A stretch of 64,000 bases of DNA from a virus: positions 1 through 64,000 of IMG/VR virus record IMGVR_UViG_3300036766_000416; one strand, written 5' to 3'. Within the stretch, counting starts at the first letter, position 1. Each line of letters opens with the position of its first letter. Below, piece by piece: positions 42,757 to 52,847 of the stretch. The notes beneath the pieces were generated by a model, which ran no database searches, was not told where the DNA came from, and saw nothing but the letters and a program-made list of their open reading frames with translations. The position numbers were made by a program, and so were the translations under genes.

Positions 42757-42941
42757 ACCATGATAATCTAGCGAACTACTACACCACAACGTTCGCTTTG
42801 GTTCAGGATCATAAATTTTCAATATCGGAACTTGAGAACCTCATGCCGTGGGAACGATTGGTGTATTTGACATTGGTGCAGCAACGTGTTGAAAAAGAGA
42901 ACGAACGAATCAGAGCCCTTAACGTACAAAGGAAACGATAA
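42738..42941 (+). CDS. gp51: gp51-like hub assembly segment, no own start; probably reached by -1 frameshift
   Basis: HDNLANYY...F.L.Q.HKFS.SELENLMPWER; T-TTT-TTC at 42738. Confidence 0.7.
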   Translation, partial: FFRLILNHDNLANYYTTTFALVQDHKFSISELENLMPWERLVYLTLVQQRVEKENERIRALNVQRKR

Positions 42942-42949
42942 ATACTCTT

Positions 42950-43546
42950 ATGAGCACAATTATCCAACGTATCAATGAACAAGCTGTCACCAAAAAGGTG
43001 GATACCTCGACAGCCTTCGGTCGGTCTTGGCTTCTCCAAAAAATGGCGAAGCTGACACCATCGGCCAAAGACCGTATGGAGATTCTCCGTGACCGTGAAG
43101 CTCAACGCACTCGAACCATGGTGGGGAGATTCTATTTTTTCTTTTACTCACCCAAAGGGCACGAAACCCTCCCCTACTGGGACCGGTTTCCAATGGTGAT
43201 TCCTTTGATGAGGTACCATGACGGGTTCCTTGGCCTCAACCTTCATTACATTCCGCCAAAGGACCGATTGATACTCTTGACACAACTCAGGCGGTTCGCC
43301 ACGGGTCCGCTGACGGACGAACGCACTAGATTGCGATTATCGTATCCTATTTTGAAAGCCGCGCACCAAGCGTACCGCGCGACCCCCTGTATCAAGAGGT
43401 ACCTCGCGGGGCATGTACGTTCGAGGTTTATTGAGATACCCACAACCGAATGGGATATTGCAGCGTCCTTGCCAGTTCAAAGTTTTACCAGCAAAACTCG
43501 TATTCGCAAAGAAGAAGTATGGCAAGAGTCAAAGGAGCAATACTAA
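42950..43546 (+). CDS. gp2: DNA end protector gp2
   Basis: G..Y.F.Y.PK...LPYWD.FP, GLNLHY.PP, IKRYL. Confidence 0.88.
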   Translation: MSTIIQRINEQAVTKKVDTSTAFGRSWLLQKMAKLTPSAKDRMEILRDREAQRTRTMVGRFYFFFYSPKGHETLPYWDRFPMVIPLMRYHDGFLGLNLHYIPPKDRLILLTQLRRFATGPLTDERTRLRLSYPILKAAHQAYRATPCIKRYLAGHVRSRFIEIPTTEWDIAASLPVQSFTSKTRIRKEEVWQESKEQY

Positions 43547-44167
43547 GTGTCATCTGAATATTTTTCTGCATTTCCATACATAGGTTATTCCCTCAATGAG
43601 ACATCTCAACCAGGCGAGTTGATGTGGGTTACAGATATTTTTCGGCGTACCGCCCCCATTACGAATCTATTGAAGAATAGGCAATTATTTTATCGTTACC
43701 AGATTGTTGATGGCGAGACTCCAGAAATGATTGCCGGGCGAGTCTATGGTTCAACAAAGTATCACTGGGTTATCAATATTTTGAATAATATTACTGATCC
43801 GTTGCTTGATTGGCCCAAGGATTATTCTAACCTTGTGGCCTATATCAATGAGACATATGGTTCCATAGCAAGTGCTGCGGGTTCCATTCACCACTATACA
43901 ATGACATTGAGCAAGGTCGATTCTCTAGGTAACTCCAGTGAAGAAACTTTTATCATTGACCAGACGAAGTATGATACGCTCACCGGCCTCGTTCCTGTGG
44001 TGGTGACATTCAGTGATGGGGCGACAGTGACCACGACGACGACGCGTTCTACTGTAGATAATTACACTTACGAAATTGATAGAAATGAAGCGAAACGCAT
44101 TATTTTATTACTGAAAGAAGATTACCTTTCGCAAATCTCCTCAGAACTCGAAGGCCTATTGACATAA
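43547..44167 (+). CDS. gp53: Baseplate wedge gp53
   Basis: YFSAFP, Y.I.DGETPE.IA...YG...HWVI, DWP, NE.KR.I. Confidence 0.88.
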   Translation: MSSEYFSAFPYIGYSLNETSQPGELMWVTDIFRRTAPITNLLKNRQLFYRYQIVDGETPEMIAGRVYGSTKYHWVINILNNITDPLLDWPKDYSNLVAYINETYGSIASAAGSIHHYTMTLSKVDSLGNSSEETFIIDQTKYDTLTGLVPVVVTFSDGATVTTTTTRSTVDNYTYEIDRNEAKRIILLLKEDYLSQISSELEGLLT

Positions 44168-44168
44168 C

Positions 44169-45482
44169 ATGCCTACACAAGATGGAATACAATACGCCAG
44201 CGAGTTTCAGCTTGACGCCCTCACCATTGTCAGTGCGAGTGGTGGTGTGGTGGACCTTCGTGAGGTCATGCGGGAATTGAACCTCTTTGAGGATTTGTTC
44301 AGTAATACCATGACGGGGAGCTTGTTCATTGCAGACACCCAAAATTTGATCAACATCCTTCCGATTGTGGGAGTTGAGCACTTGATTGTGACATTGATCA
44401 AACCTTCATCGCCATGGAAAATCAGTAAGACATTTCGTATTTATAAAATTACAGATCGTCGCAAAAGCGGCGCCGCCTCCGAAGATTATATCCTTCATTT
44501 TTGCTCCGAGGAATTGATTCTGAGTGAATCATTGAAAATATCAAAATCCTACAAGGGAATGACTGTCTCATCGATCATTAGTGACATCACCACAAATTAT
44601 CTCAAGATTGATTCACTCAAATTTCCCTTATCAGCACTCACTGCGACTGTCGGAAACTTTGATGTGGTGATACCTTATTGGACGCCATTTCAAGCCATCA
44701 ATTGGTTGTCGCGTATGGCACATACAGGTACGACCACTGGCTGTTCGTTCGTCTTTTTTGAAGATGGACTGGGGTATCACTTCAATGCGATTGAAACTAT
44801 GTCGCAACAAGAACCACTCCAGATTGTAAATTTTATGCCCATGAATCTCGCTGGAGAGACCAGTGAGAAGGGTGATAAATCCGACACACAAACACGATTG
44901 GAATCTGCAGAGGAGTATGAACTGAATCAGGCGCCAGATTTGCTCAAATCAATTTCTGGTGGTATGTATGCGAGTAAACTCAGACGAGTGAACACACTTG
45001 ACCAGCAAATCAAGACGACAACACAAAATGGAATAGAATTTTTTGGAAGAACCAAGCACCCCAACAAAAACACCTTCATGCAGACTGGGCAAGATAGAAC
45101 CCGCGTGATACAACCCGAGCATTTTGATGCGTTTCATCGTTCAGTTGTTGATAATTTGAGAGTTGAGACATGGTTATTGCAGCGTAATGCGTATATGGCA
45201 GCCCTACACGGATTTCAGGTGAAGGTTTCGCTACCCGGGAACATGAACTTGCGCGTGGGCCAAGTGGTGGTGCTGAACTTGCCTTCGGCTTCTATTGGTC
45301 TCAAGGATCAGAAACCTATGGATACTTTATTTTCTGGTAGATATATAATTACAGCGATTCGACATAAAGTAGATCGAACGAAGTATGCCTGTGTCCTCGA
45401 ATTGTCAAAGGATTCGCTCGAAGTAGCTTTGCCTGGACCTCTTGAGGGGAGTTCAGCTATGAAAACGATAAGGCAGGCATAA
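44169..45482 (+). CDS. Baseplate hub protein (gp27/VgrG-like)
   Basis: EDLFSN...G, FFE..GY.F, GN....G.V, SG.Y.I..I.H; precedes gp5. Confidence 0.6.
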   Translation: MPTQDGIQYASEFQLDALTIVSASGGVVDLREVMRELNLFEDLFSNTMTGSLFIADTQNLINILPIVGVEHLIVTLIKPSSPWKISKTFRIYKITDRRKSGAASEDYILHFCSEELILSESLKISKSYKGMTVSSIISDITTNYLKIDSLKFPLSALTATVGNFDVVIPYWTPFQAINWLSRMAHTGTTTGCSFVFFEDGLGYHFNAIETMSQQEPLQIVNFMPMNLAGETSEKGDKSDTQTRLESAEEYELNQAPDLLKSISGGMYASKLRRVNTLDQQIKTTTQNGIEFFGRTKHPNKNTFMQTGQDRTRVIQPEHFDAFHRSVVDNLRVETWLLQRNAYMAALHGFQVKVSLPGNMNLRVGQVVVLNLPSASIGLKDQKPMDTLFSGRYIITAIRHKVDRTKYACVLELSKDSLEVALPGPLEGSSAMKTIRQA

Positions 45483-46399
45483 TGGATACGAACATTGGTT
45501 CGCACTTTGTTTGGTGGGTAGGAGTCGTCGAGAGTCGCCAGGACCCTAAGAAAGTGGGTCGATGTCAGGTGCGTATTCTTGGTTCTCATACTGATTTGAA
45601 GTCTGTCATCCCCACAGAAAATCTTCCGTGGGCACAACCCTTGATTCCCCTCAATGACAATGCCTCACTGCAAATCAAAGAAGGTGATTATGTCGTAGGT
45701 TTCTATCTTGACGGACACGATTCTCAGGTACCCATCATCATGGGAATCCTTCCAGGTATTCCTGTGTCGCTTCCTGCTCCGACAGAAGGATTTGCAGACC
45801 CTAGAACAGGAAGGGAGCTATCCAGCGCACCTAGACAGCCAGGCGCTTCTACTGGAGTTCGGTATCCTTCGCGCCTGAACGAGTCCACATTGTCTCGTTT
45901 GGCGCGCAACGAAAAAATTAGTGATACCCCCATTCAATCGAAGAAAAGTAGCGTGTCCACAGTTTCTATCGCTGGTGGAGGTTCTTGGAGTGAGCCTCCG
46001 ACGCCATACGCTACAGTTTATCCTTACAATCGTGTCATGGAAACTGAATCGGGGCATATCCTGGAGTTTGACGAAACACCTGGGGCCGAGCGTGTCCATA
46101 TTTATCACCGTTCGGGAACGTTTGACGAGTATCATCCCGATGGCTCGAAGGTTACTAGAATCAATAAAGATGCCTATGAGATAGTGCTTTCAGATAAAAA
46201 TATCTATGTAAAGGGGTCCCTCAACATAACTGCGGACAAAGATGTTACGATCAAAGCTGGTCAGGATGTTACAATCGAAGCGGGCGGCAGTTTCAAAGTC
46301 AAAGCCGGAGTTTCGATTGAACAGGTTTCTGGAGCAGACACGAAACACACTGCTGGAGCCGGAATGTCCCTCAAGGGCGTTCCGATGAATTGGAACTAA
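45482..46399 (+). CDS. gp5: Baseplate spike gp5 (OB-fold plus beta-helix, no lysozyme domain)
   Basis: WWVGVVE...DP..GR..VR, LPWA, YPYNRV.ETESGH..EFD.TP..ER. Confidence 0.88.
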   Translation: MDTNIGSHFVWWVGVVESRQDPKKVGRCQVRILGSHTDLKSVIPTENLPWAQPLIPLNDNASLQIKEGDYVVGFYLDGHDSQVPIIMGILPGIPVSLPAPTEGFADPRTGRELSSAPRQPGASTGVRYPSRLNESTLSRLARNEKISDTPIQSKKSSVSTVSIAGGGSWSEPPTPYATVYPYNRVMETESGHILEFDETPGAERVHIYHRSGTFDEYHPDGSKVTRINKDAYEIVLSDKNIYVKGSLNITADKDVTIKAGQDVTIEAGGSFKVKAGVSIEQVSGADTKHTAGAGMSLKGVPMNWN

Positions 46400-46400
46400 T

Positions 46401-46703
46401 ATGGGATTACCTGTTGTCAGAATGGGAATTGACATGTGCAGCGGGCATCCTGCTGGGCCGACGTATTTTCCTCCACGACCTGCAATTCAGGGGTCCACTG
46501 ATGTATTTGTTGATGGTCTTCCTGTTGTGCGTGTAGGGGATGTTTGGGCGATGCACACCGATATCATTAGTGTCCATTCAGGTCATGGTGTCTTGGGTTC
46601 TTTCACGGTCTTCTGTAATGGGCGGCCTGTTATGCGTATTTCGGACCCACTGGACTGTGGTTCGGTGTGCGCGATGGGTTCTTCGACTGTGTTTTGTGGA
46701 TAA
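46401..46703 (+). CDS. PAAR spike-tip protein (gp5.4-like)
   Basis: C.GH...PP......GS..VFV.G.P..R.GD...H...CG. Confidence 0.9.
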   Translation: MGLPVVRMGIDMCSGHPAGPTYFPPRPAIQGSTDVFVDGLPVVRVGDVWAMHTDIISVHSGHGVLGSFTVFCNGRPVMRISDPLDCGSVCAMGSSTVFCG

Positions 46704-46712
46704 GGAGGTAGC

Positions 46713-47495
46713 ATGGCGTTTTCATTAGACTTTGCTCACATACCTTCAGGGCTCGCTTTGCCGACCTTCCCGACCACCTCGTCTGGTATTAGCGATGTGT
46801 CAAAGAGTGTCATGGACAAAATCACGACCGATCCTGGAAGCCTCTTTACAAACCCCATGATTGGCTCGGTGAACTTTCTAGGTGATAGCACCACCAGATT
46901 GGAAACGACCCTTCAGAGTATTGCTTCAGGTGACCTGGTCAATGGGGGTATCTCCCAGTCTGAGGCCTCGAATTACCTGTCTCTGGACCCCCTCCAGGAC
47001 GTGCGAACCTCGATGGGAAATTTTATGATGCATACAGACCGACTGTCTGGATTGCTCAGGAGCCAGGGTATTCAGGCACCCGGGCTGCAGCAGGTGCTTT
47101 CTATTGGGGTGCAGATGCAAAATATGATGACCATACTTCAAGCAGGTTCTGGGTGCCTCCCGGTCATAGGTGGCTGCACCGGACTGTTCTCGGAGGAGGA
47201 TTTTCTAGGGTTCACCAATCAACTCAATAACATCCTGACCAGCCTAGAACGGGGGGCCGCAACGATTGCTAACATTACGGACACTGTGGCTACGGTGTCA
47301 AATTTTATTCGAGGCATCATGGACAAGGATAGTCAATTCTTGCAGAATTGCGTGAACCAGTTGCAGGCCGCGGGTGTTGGGTTGGTCTTGGAGGCCCTCG
47401 ATTCTAACCCGTGCGCCCATTTTTTATTTGATACAATTTCCAATAAAAACCCCGGTGGGTTGCTCAACGTCCTTTCGAAGCCCATCATCGGATAA
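46713..47495 (+). CDS. Hypothetical virion protein
   Basis: AGGAGG SD, helical, within baseplate operon. Confidence 0.65.
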   Translation: MAFSLDFAHIPSGLALPTFPTTSSGISDVSKSVMDKITTDPGSLFTNPMIGSVNFLGDSTTRLETTLQSIASGDLVNGGISQSEASNYLSLDPLQDVRTSMGNFMMHTDRLSGLLRSQGIQAPGLQQVLSIGVQMQNMMTILQAGSGCLPVIGGCTGLFSEEDFLGFTNQLNNILTSLERGAATIANITDTVATVSNFIRGIMDKDSQFLQNCVNQLQAAGVGLVLEALDSNPCAHFLFDTISNKNPGGLLNVLSKPIIG

Positions 47496-47497
47496 CA

Positions 47498-47505
47498 TAT
47501 AAATA
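47498..47505 (+). promoter_or_regulatory. T4-type late promoter
   Basis: TATAAATA 6 nt before gp25 ATG. Confidence 0.75.
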
Positions 47506-47511
47506 AGTAAC

Positions 47512-47901
47512 ATGGCCACACCTATCATTTACCAGGATTTTACGTTAGATTTTTCTATCCACCCGATCAGGAAAGACCTGGTTCTCAAGAGCAATGAGGA
47601 TGTGGTCATAAGGGCGATTATGAACCTCTTGAGGACGAACCATTACGAAGTTCCCTTCCACCCCGAAATCGGGTGTAACATTAGAAAGCTGTTGTTTGAG
47701 AATGTCTCTGAATTCACGGCCCGTGATATTTCTCGATTTATCCAAGAATGTATAGAAAATTTTGAACCGAGGGCCACTATCCAATCGTTGGCGGTGTCAC
47801 CCAATGAAGATTTGAATGCCTATGAAGTGAGGTTGCGGGTGTTCGTAAACACGTTCGCTAACCCATTGACTGTGGATTTTATCCTGGAGAGAGTGAGATA
47901 A
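47512..47901 (+). CDS. gp25: Baseplate wedge gp25
   Basis: NLL.T...E.PF.PE.GC....LLFE, I..FEPR. Confidence 0.92.
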   Translation: MATPIIYQDFTLDFSIHPIRKDLVLKSNEDVVIRAIMNLLRTNHYEVPFHPEIGCNIRKLLFENVSEFTARDISRFIQECIENFEPRATIQSLAVSPNEDLNAYEVRLRVFVNTFANPLTVDFILERVR

Positions 47902-48452
47902 TGCCCTGGCACCACGTGATACCGAAACATGAATGGAAAAGACGCTTTGGGAATCTTAATGGGTTCAATGCACATGATAATCAGATAAACCTGAGCCACG
48001 AGAATCATACTCAACTTCATGTAAGGTATGGAGAAGAAGGTTCTGGGCCAGATATGATTGCTGGAAAAGCCATGAGTGGGCGGATAGGAAAGGAAGAGGC
48101 TCAGAGGCAAGCAACTATATTGGCCAATACAGGAAAGAAGTATGCTCTCGGTCATAGATTCACTCGCCCAAAGGAGTGGAAACTTCAGAAATCAAAAGAT
48201 ATGGTGGGTAATAGGAATGCCTCGGGGCGCAGAACAGAAGCACAGAATTTAGTTAATTCAATTAGTCACATTGGGAAGAAACAGTCTCCCGAAACTGTTG
48301 CTAAGAGAGTTGCAAAACTGATAGGAAAGCAACCAACTTTAGGAAAAACATGGCAGCAACTTAAAGTTGGTTGCCCCCATTGTCCAAAGATTGGTGGAGC
48401 AGGTATAATGAAACGGTGGCACTTCAATAATTGTAAGAAGAGGATGAAGTAA
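47901..48452 (+). CDS. HNH homing endonuclease, family copy 5
   Basis: MPWHHVIPKHEWKRR...DNQINL..E.H...H; C-terminal CPHC..GG...MKRWHF.NC. Confidence 0.8.
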   Translation: MPWHHVIPKHEWKRRFGNLNGFNAHDNQINLSHENHTQLHVRYGEEGSGPDMIAGKAMSGRIGKEEAQRQATILANTGKKYALGHRFTRPKEWKLQKSKDMVGNRNASGRRTEAQNLVNSISHIGKKQSPETVAKRVAKLIGKQPTLGKTWQQLKVGCPHCPKIGGAGIMKRWHFNNCKKRMK

Positions 48453-48453
48453 A

Positions 48454-50493
48454 ATGTCCGAAAAACTTATCATCACAGATTTAGACTTCGAGACGATAAA
48501 GACAAATTTGAAGGAATTCCTCAGTTCTCAAACAACCTTCTTGGACTATAATTTCGAGGGTTCCGCTTTATCTATTCTAATAAATTTATTAAGTTATAAC
48601 ACTTATTATTCGGCTTATTATACCAACATGGTGGCCAATGAATTGTTCATCGATTCTGCCCAGGTTCGCAACTCGCTCTTATCTCATTCAAAGTCATTGA
48701 ATTATACCCCCGTATCTCGCCGGGCAGCCACTGCAATTGTTGATATCATGGTGACCCCTCCTGGTGGAAACTTACAGTCGGTGTTGACATTAGATCGGTT
48801 CACTGAATTTCAATCGCAAGCCATCGATGGGGTGAACTACACGTTCGTTCCAGTGGGTTCACAATCTGTGTATAAAGAAAATGGCGTGTTCACGTTTCAG
48901 GACGTGGAAATCAAATCGGGAACCCCTCAACTCGCCACACTCACCTATGATTCATCGAGCAACCCTGCTTCGCGGTTTGAACTCCCTAATGATGACATCG
49001 ACACCGACACCTTGTTGGTGACCGTTCAGGTATCGGACATCAATACGTCCTCTGAGGTCTTTCAACTTTCCTCTGATGTCACAGAGGTCGAATCAACATC
49101 AGCGGTTTATTACTTGAGCACCTCAACCAACAACAAGTACCAGCTAACATTTGGTGACGATGCCATTTCAAAGGCGCTGTCCAACGGAAACATTGTTATT
49201 GCGAGCTATCTGTCCACTCCTGGGGCCGCTGCGAACAAAGCGAATTCGTTTGCGACGGGGTCGATAGGTGGTTTTTCGAATGTCATCATTACTCCAGTTT
49301 CATCGGCCTCCGCTGGTGCTGAACGAGAGTCTGATGATTCAATCCGTCGCAACGCACCCCTGGCATATACTTCCCAAAACCGTGCAGTAACACAGAAAGA
49401 CTATGAATCACTACTCAAGTCCCTGTACCCCAATATTCAGAGTATCTTTGTGTGGGGCGGAGAGGACAATATTCCACCAGTCTATGGTAAGGTGTTTATC
49501 TCGATTGCTCCCAAGGAAGGTGTCATCATCAATGATGCCGAGAAAGTTCGGATTGCTTCTGAGATTCTTGGTCCCATTTCTATTCTCACCATCACACCCG
49601 AACTTGTGGACCCAGACTATGTATATCTCAAATTTGAAACGACCGTGGAAGTGGATGGCAAAAAGACCACGTTGACGGCTCCTCAGATTGTGACGACCGT
49701 GATGTCCTCTATTGTTGATTACTCCGAGGACACGTTCAATCAATTTGGTGCTATTTTCGTCATTTCAAAGTTCAGCCGTGCTATCGACGATTCCCTGACC
49801 GCGATCATCGGGTCTGATACCACGGTGCGATTGGAGAAACGCTTCACACCTACTCTCAACACACGTTCAACCTATACGGTGAGTTTTGCGACACCACTGC
49901 ACCATGCTCCGATTCAGACCGCCCTCAAGTCAACGGCGTTTACGGTGTTTGACGGAACAGACATTCTACGTACTGCATACCTAGAGGAGATGTTCAATTC
50001 TTCTACTGGGGTTGATTCGATTATGATTACTAACCCAGGATTCAATTATGTCGATCCACCAACAATCACGATCACTGGAGATGGAACGGGTGCGTTAGCT
50101 GAAGCGACGATTGTGAATGGACGCATTGAAACGATTACGGTGACGAAACGTGGGACTTCCTATACTTCAGCCATCGTAACAATTTCTGGAGGTGTTGGTG
50201 AGGGTGGGGAGGCCTCGGCAGTCGTCCAATCAAAATATGGGACCTTGCGGTTGTTCTACTACAACAGCAATTCAGAAAAAGTTGATATCGACCCAGAAAT
50301 TGGGACGATTGATTATTTCAAGGGTGAGATTGTGATTTCGGATTTGCGTGTTGTGGAGTCATTGACAGACACAGAGGATATTCGAATCAGCGTGGAGCCC
50401 GAAGAGTCGATCATTGAAACCCAGCAGAACCAATTGCTGCTACTTGACTCCAATGATCCAACTGCTATCAACATCTCTGTGGTTGTGCGGTAA
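48454..50493 (+). CDS. gp6: Baseplate wedge gp6
   Basis: LDF..IK..LK.FL, DYNFEGS, E.F.DSA, RAVT..DY. Confidence 0.92.
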   Translation: MSEKLIITDLDFETIKTNLKEFLSSQTTFLDYNFEGSALSILINLLSYNTYYSAYYTNMVANELFIDSAQVRNSLLSHSKSLNYTPVSRRAATAIVDIMVTPPGGNLQSVLTLDRFTEFQSQAIDGVNYTFVPVGSQSVYKENGVFTFQDVEIKSGTPQLATLTYDSSSNPASRFELPNDDIDTDTLLVTVQVSDINTSSEVFQLSSDVTEVESTSAVYYLSTSTNNKYQLTFGDDAISKALSNGNIVIASYLSTPGAAANKANSFATGSIGGFSNVIITPVSSASAGAERESDDSIRRNAPLAYTSQNRAVTQKDYESLLKSLYPNIQSIFVWGGEDNIPPVYGKVFISIAPKEGVIINDAEKVRIASEILGPISILTITPELVDPDYVYLKFETTVEVDGKKTTLTAPQIVTTVMSSIVDYSEDTFNQFGAIFVISKFSRAIDDSLTAIIGSDTTVRLEKRFTPTLNTRSTYTVSFATPLHHAPIQTALKSTAFTVFDGTDILRTAYLEEMFNSSTGVDSIMITNPGFNYVDPPTITITGDGTGALAEATIVNGRIETITVTKRGTSYTSAIVTISGGVGEGGEASAVVQSKYGTLRLFYYNSNSEKVDIDPEIGTIDYFKGEIVISDLRVVESLTDTEDIRISVEPEESIIETQQNQLLLLDSNDPTAINISVVVR

Positions 50494-50498
50494 ATTTT

Positions 50499-52847
50499 AT
50501 GGCTAATACAATTTCCCTACTGATTCGCCAACAGTTACCTGAATACATAAGATCAGATTATGATACATTTGTAGAGTTCGTAGAAAGTTATTACGAGTGG
50601 ATGGATTTGCAAGGCAATACCATTGATCTCAGCAAAAACATTCCCGCCTACATGGACCTCGACACAAGCCTCAATGCGTTTATTGAGTTTTTCACGAAGC
50701 AATTTTTGCCGCTGTTCCCACCAGATTTATTGACGAACCCCACATTCTTTATTCAGCACGCCAAAGAATTTTATCGCACCAAAGGTACCGCCAAAGCAGT
50801 GAGGTTGCTTTTTCGGTTACTTTACAACCAAGATATTGATATTTTCTATCCAAAAGAGAGTGTGCTGAGAGCATCATCAAGCGGTTGGACCAATACCCCT
50901 TCACTGAGGATGGACCCCACCATGTGGACCATCCAATATGGTGACGGGGCTAACACTCGGTTCAGGGCATTGGACACCTCTATTGGAACAACTGTAGTGG
51001 TCTATCTCAATTCGGTGTTGCAGACCTCTGGGTACAATCACAGCCCCAATGAACCCTATATTATTTTCACTGTTGCTCCAGGTGATGGTGTCGAAGTCAA
51101 AGTTGAATACATCGGAGAAGAACTGATCGATTTATTTGACACCAATGAAATTGTGGTGCGCTGGGTGGGTCAATCTTCGGGTGCTAGTGGAATCTCAGAA
51201 ACACTTCAAGAAGTTGTTGATAGTGGTATTACACAAATGGACATGCGTATATCTAAACCTCTGGGCACCCTAACACAATATGAGGTCGTGAAGGGCCGTT
51301 GGGTATACGATATAGATACGGGTGCGTATGTCGATATCTATGGTCGCCTCGTGTCGTACCTTATTGATATTCAAATCGTTGAAGGGGGATTGAGTTACAA
51401 TGTGGGGGACCCCGTGATTGTGACGGGTGGATTCCCTGCAAATAATGCCACAGCGGTCGTGGACTCTATTTTCTCGGCTCTTATTTCCAACATCACGGTT
51501 CTGAAAGGTGGAGCGGGGTATCAACCAGGCCAAGCAGCCTACATCACCTCCACACCTAACACGGGCTTGAATGCCTTTGTGCTTTCCGTTGATACCTCTG
51601 GAAATGTTCACCCCAATTCCTATCCAATCAATCAAGACGTGATCAATCTCTGGGCCAATGTGGCGATGTCGGACTCGGATTTCTATTTTACTCCGGGTGT
51701 GTCAGAGAATGTCAATACGCTTATGTCCGTTGCGTTCACGGATATGATCTTTGGTGAACAAGGTCCTGAGAGACTTGGACCTATCACCGCTATGACCATT
51801 ACGAGCAGCACACAGGTTTTTAATCCAGCACCAACGCTGAATGTCGATTCTCCTATTGTGGTTGTGACAGGTATCAATGCGAATGGAAATGTTGCGGTTG
51901 CCAATGTCCCGTTATCTTATTTTGGGATATTGGGTCGCATGAATGTTGTTCATGGAGGTAGCGGATATGTCGGAGGAGATGAGGTTTCGTTCGAGAATAT
52001 ACCAGGCATAGGTCTTGGTATTGGTGCAGCAGCAGAGGTTATTTCAACACACTCTGCGAATTCGGGAATCAAGGAGGTTCGTTTTAGGCCCTCGCGTGTT
52101 ACAGGAAATGTCAACGTCAATATTTCCGTTTCGAATACACAGGTTGTGGGTACAGGAACATTCTTTACAACAGAATTATTTGCGAACGACCGTATTGAAA
52201 TCAACAGCGAATCGACCTATGCGACCACGATTATCAACAACACTCACCTGACCGTGAATACTGCGTTTACCAAGAATTCCACTTCAAGAAAGCTGGGTGT
52301 CTATGGACGATATTTTATTGGTGGCATGAATTATCGTCAGGACAAACGCCCCATTGTTCATGTCAGTTCGATCAATCCAGCGGCGTCTGATGCGAACCTT
52401 GAGGTTGAAGTGGTTATTTCAAATGGTGCGTCTTTCTTGCTGGAGCCCCAGACCGAGGAACCGTTTGGAAAGATCAAAACCATCAGAATCACCAACCATG
52501 GTTATGGGTACCAAACCGCTCCAACGATTGATCTTAGTGGGAGTGGCAACGGAAGGGCCAACGCAGTTGCGGTTATGTTGAGCAATCTATTCTCTGCACC
52601 CGGCCGGTTCCAAACTACAGAGGGGTTTTTGAGTTCAGATCAAAAGCTCCAGAATGCAGATTACTATATGACGTTCTCCTATGTGGTGAGGTCTCAGACA
52701 GAACTTGGAAAATATAAGTCTATTCTCAAGGACCTCGTACACCCTGCTGGTGTAAAGTTGTGGGGGGAATATCTCATCGACTCGGTGCTTCCGGGCGATT
52801 TGGGGTTGTCAGCAAATATTGCTAATACATACCAAACGTCCAGCTAG
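50499..52847 (+). CDS. Baseplate wedge gp7-like
   Basis: QLPEYI, FY..KGT, QN..YY..FSY, VHPAG; follows gp6. Confidence 0.7.
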   Translation: MANTISLLIRQQLPEYIRSDYDTFVEFVESYYEWMDLQGNTIDLSKNIPAYMDLDTSLNAFIEFFTKQFLPLFPPDLLTNPTFFIQHAKEFYRTKGTAKAVRLLFRLLYNQDIDIFYPKESVLRASSSGWTNTPSLRMDPTMWTIQYGDGANTRFRALDTSIGTTVVVYLNSVLQTSGYNHSPNEPYIIFTVAPGDGVEVKVEYIGEELIDLFDTNEIVVRWVGQSSGASGISETLQEVVDSGITQMDMRISKPLGTLTQYEVVKGRWVYDIDTGAYVDIYGRLVSYLIDIQIVEGGLSYNVGDPVIVTGGFPANNATAVVDSIFSALISNITVLKGGAGYQPGQAAYITSTPNTGLNAFVLSVDTSGNVHPNSYPINQDVINLWANVAMSDSDFYFTPGVSENVNTLMSVAFTDMIFGEQGPERLGPITAMTITSSTQVFNPAPTLNVDSPIVVVTGINANGNVAVANVPLSYFGILGRMNVVHGGSGYVGGDEVSFENIPGIGLGIGAAAEVISTHSANSGIKEVRFRPSRVTGNVNVNISVSNTQVVGTGTFFTTELFANDRIEINSESTYATTIINNTHLTVNTAFTKNSTSRKLGVYGRYFIGGMNYRQDKRPIVHVSSINPAASDANLEVEVVISNGASFLLEPQTEEPFGKIKTIRITNHGYGYQTAPTIDLSGSGNGRANAVAVMLSNLFSAPGRFQTTEGFLSSDQKLQNADYYMTFSYVVRSQTELGKYKSILKDLVHPAGVKLWGEYLIDSVLPGDLGLSANIANTYQTSS

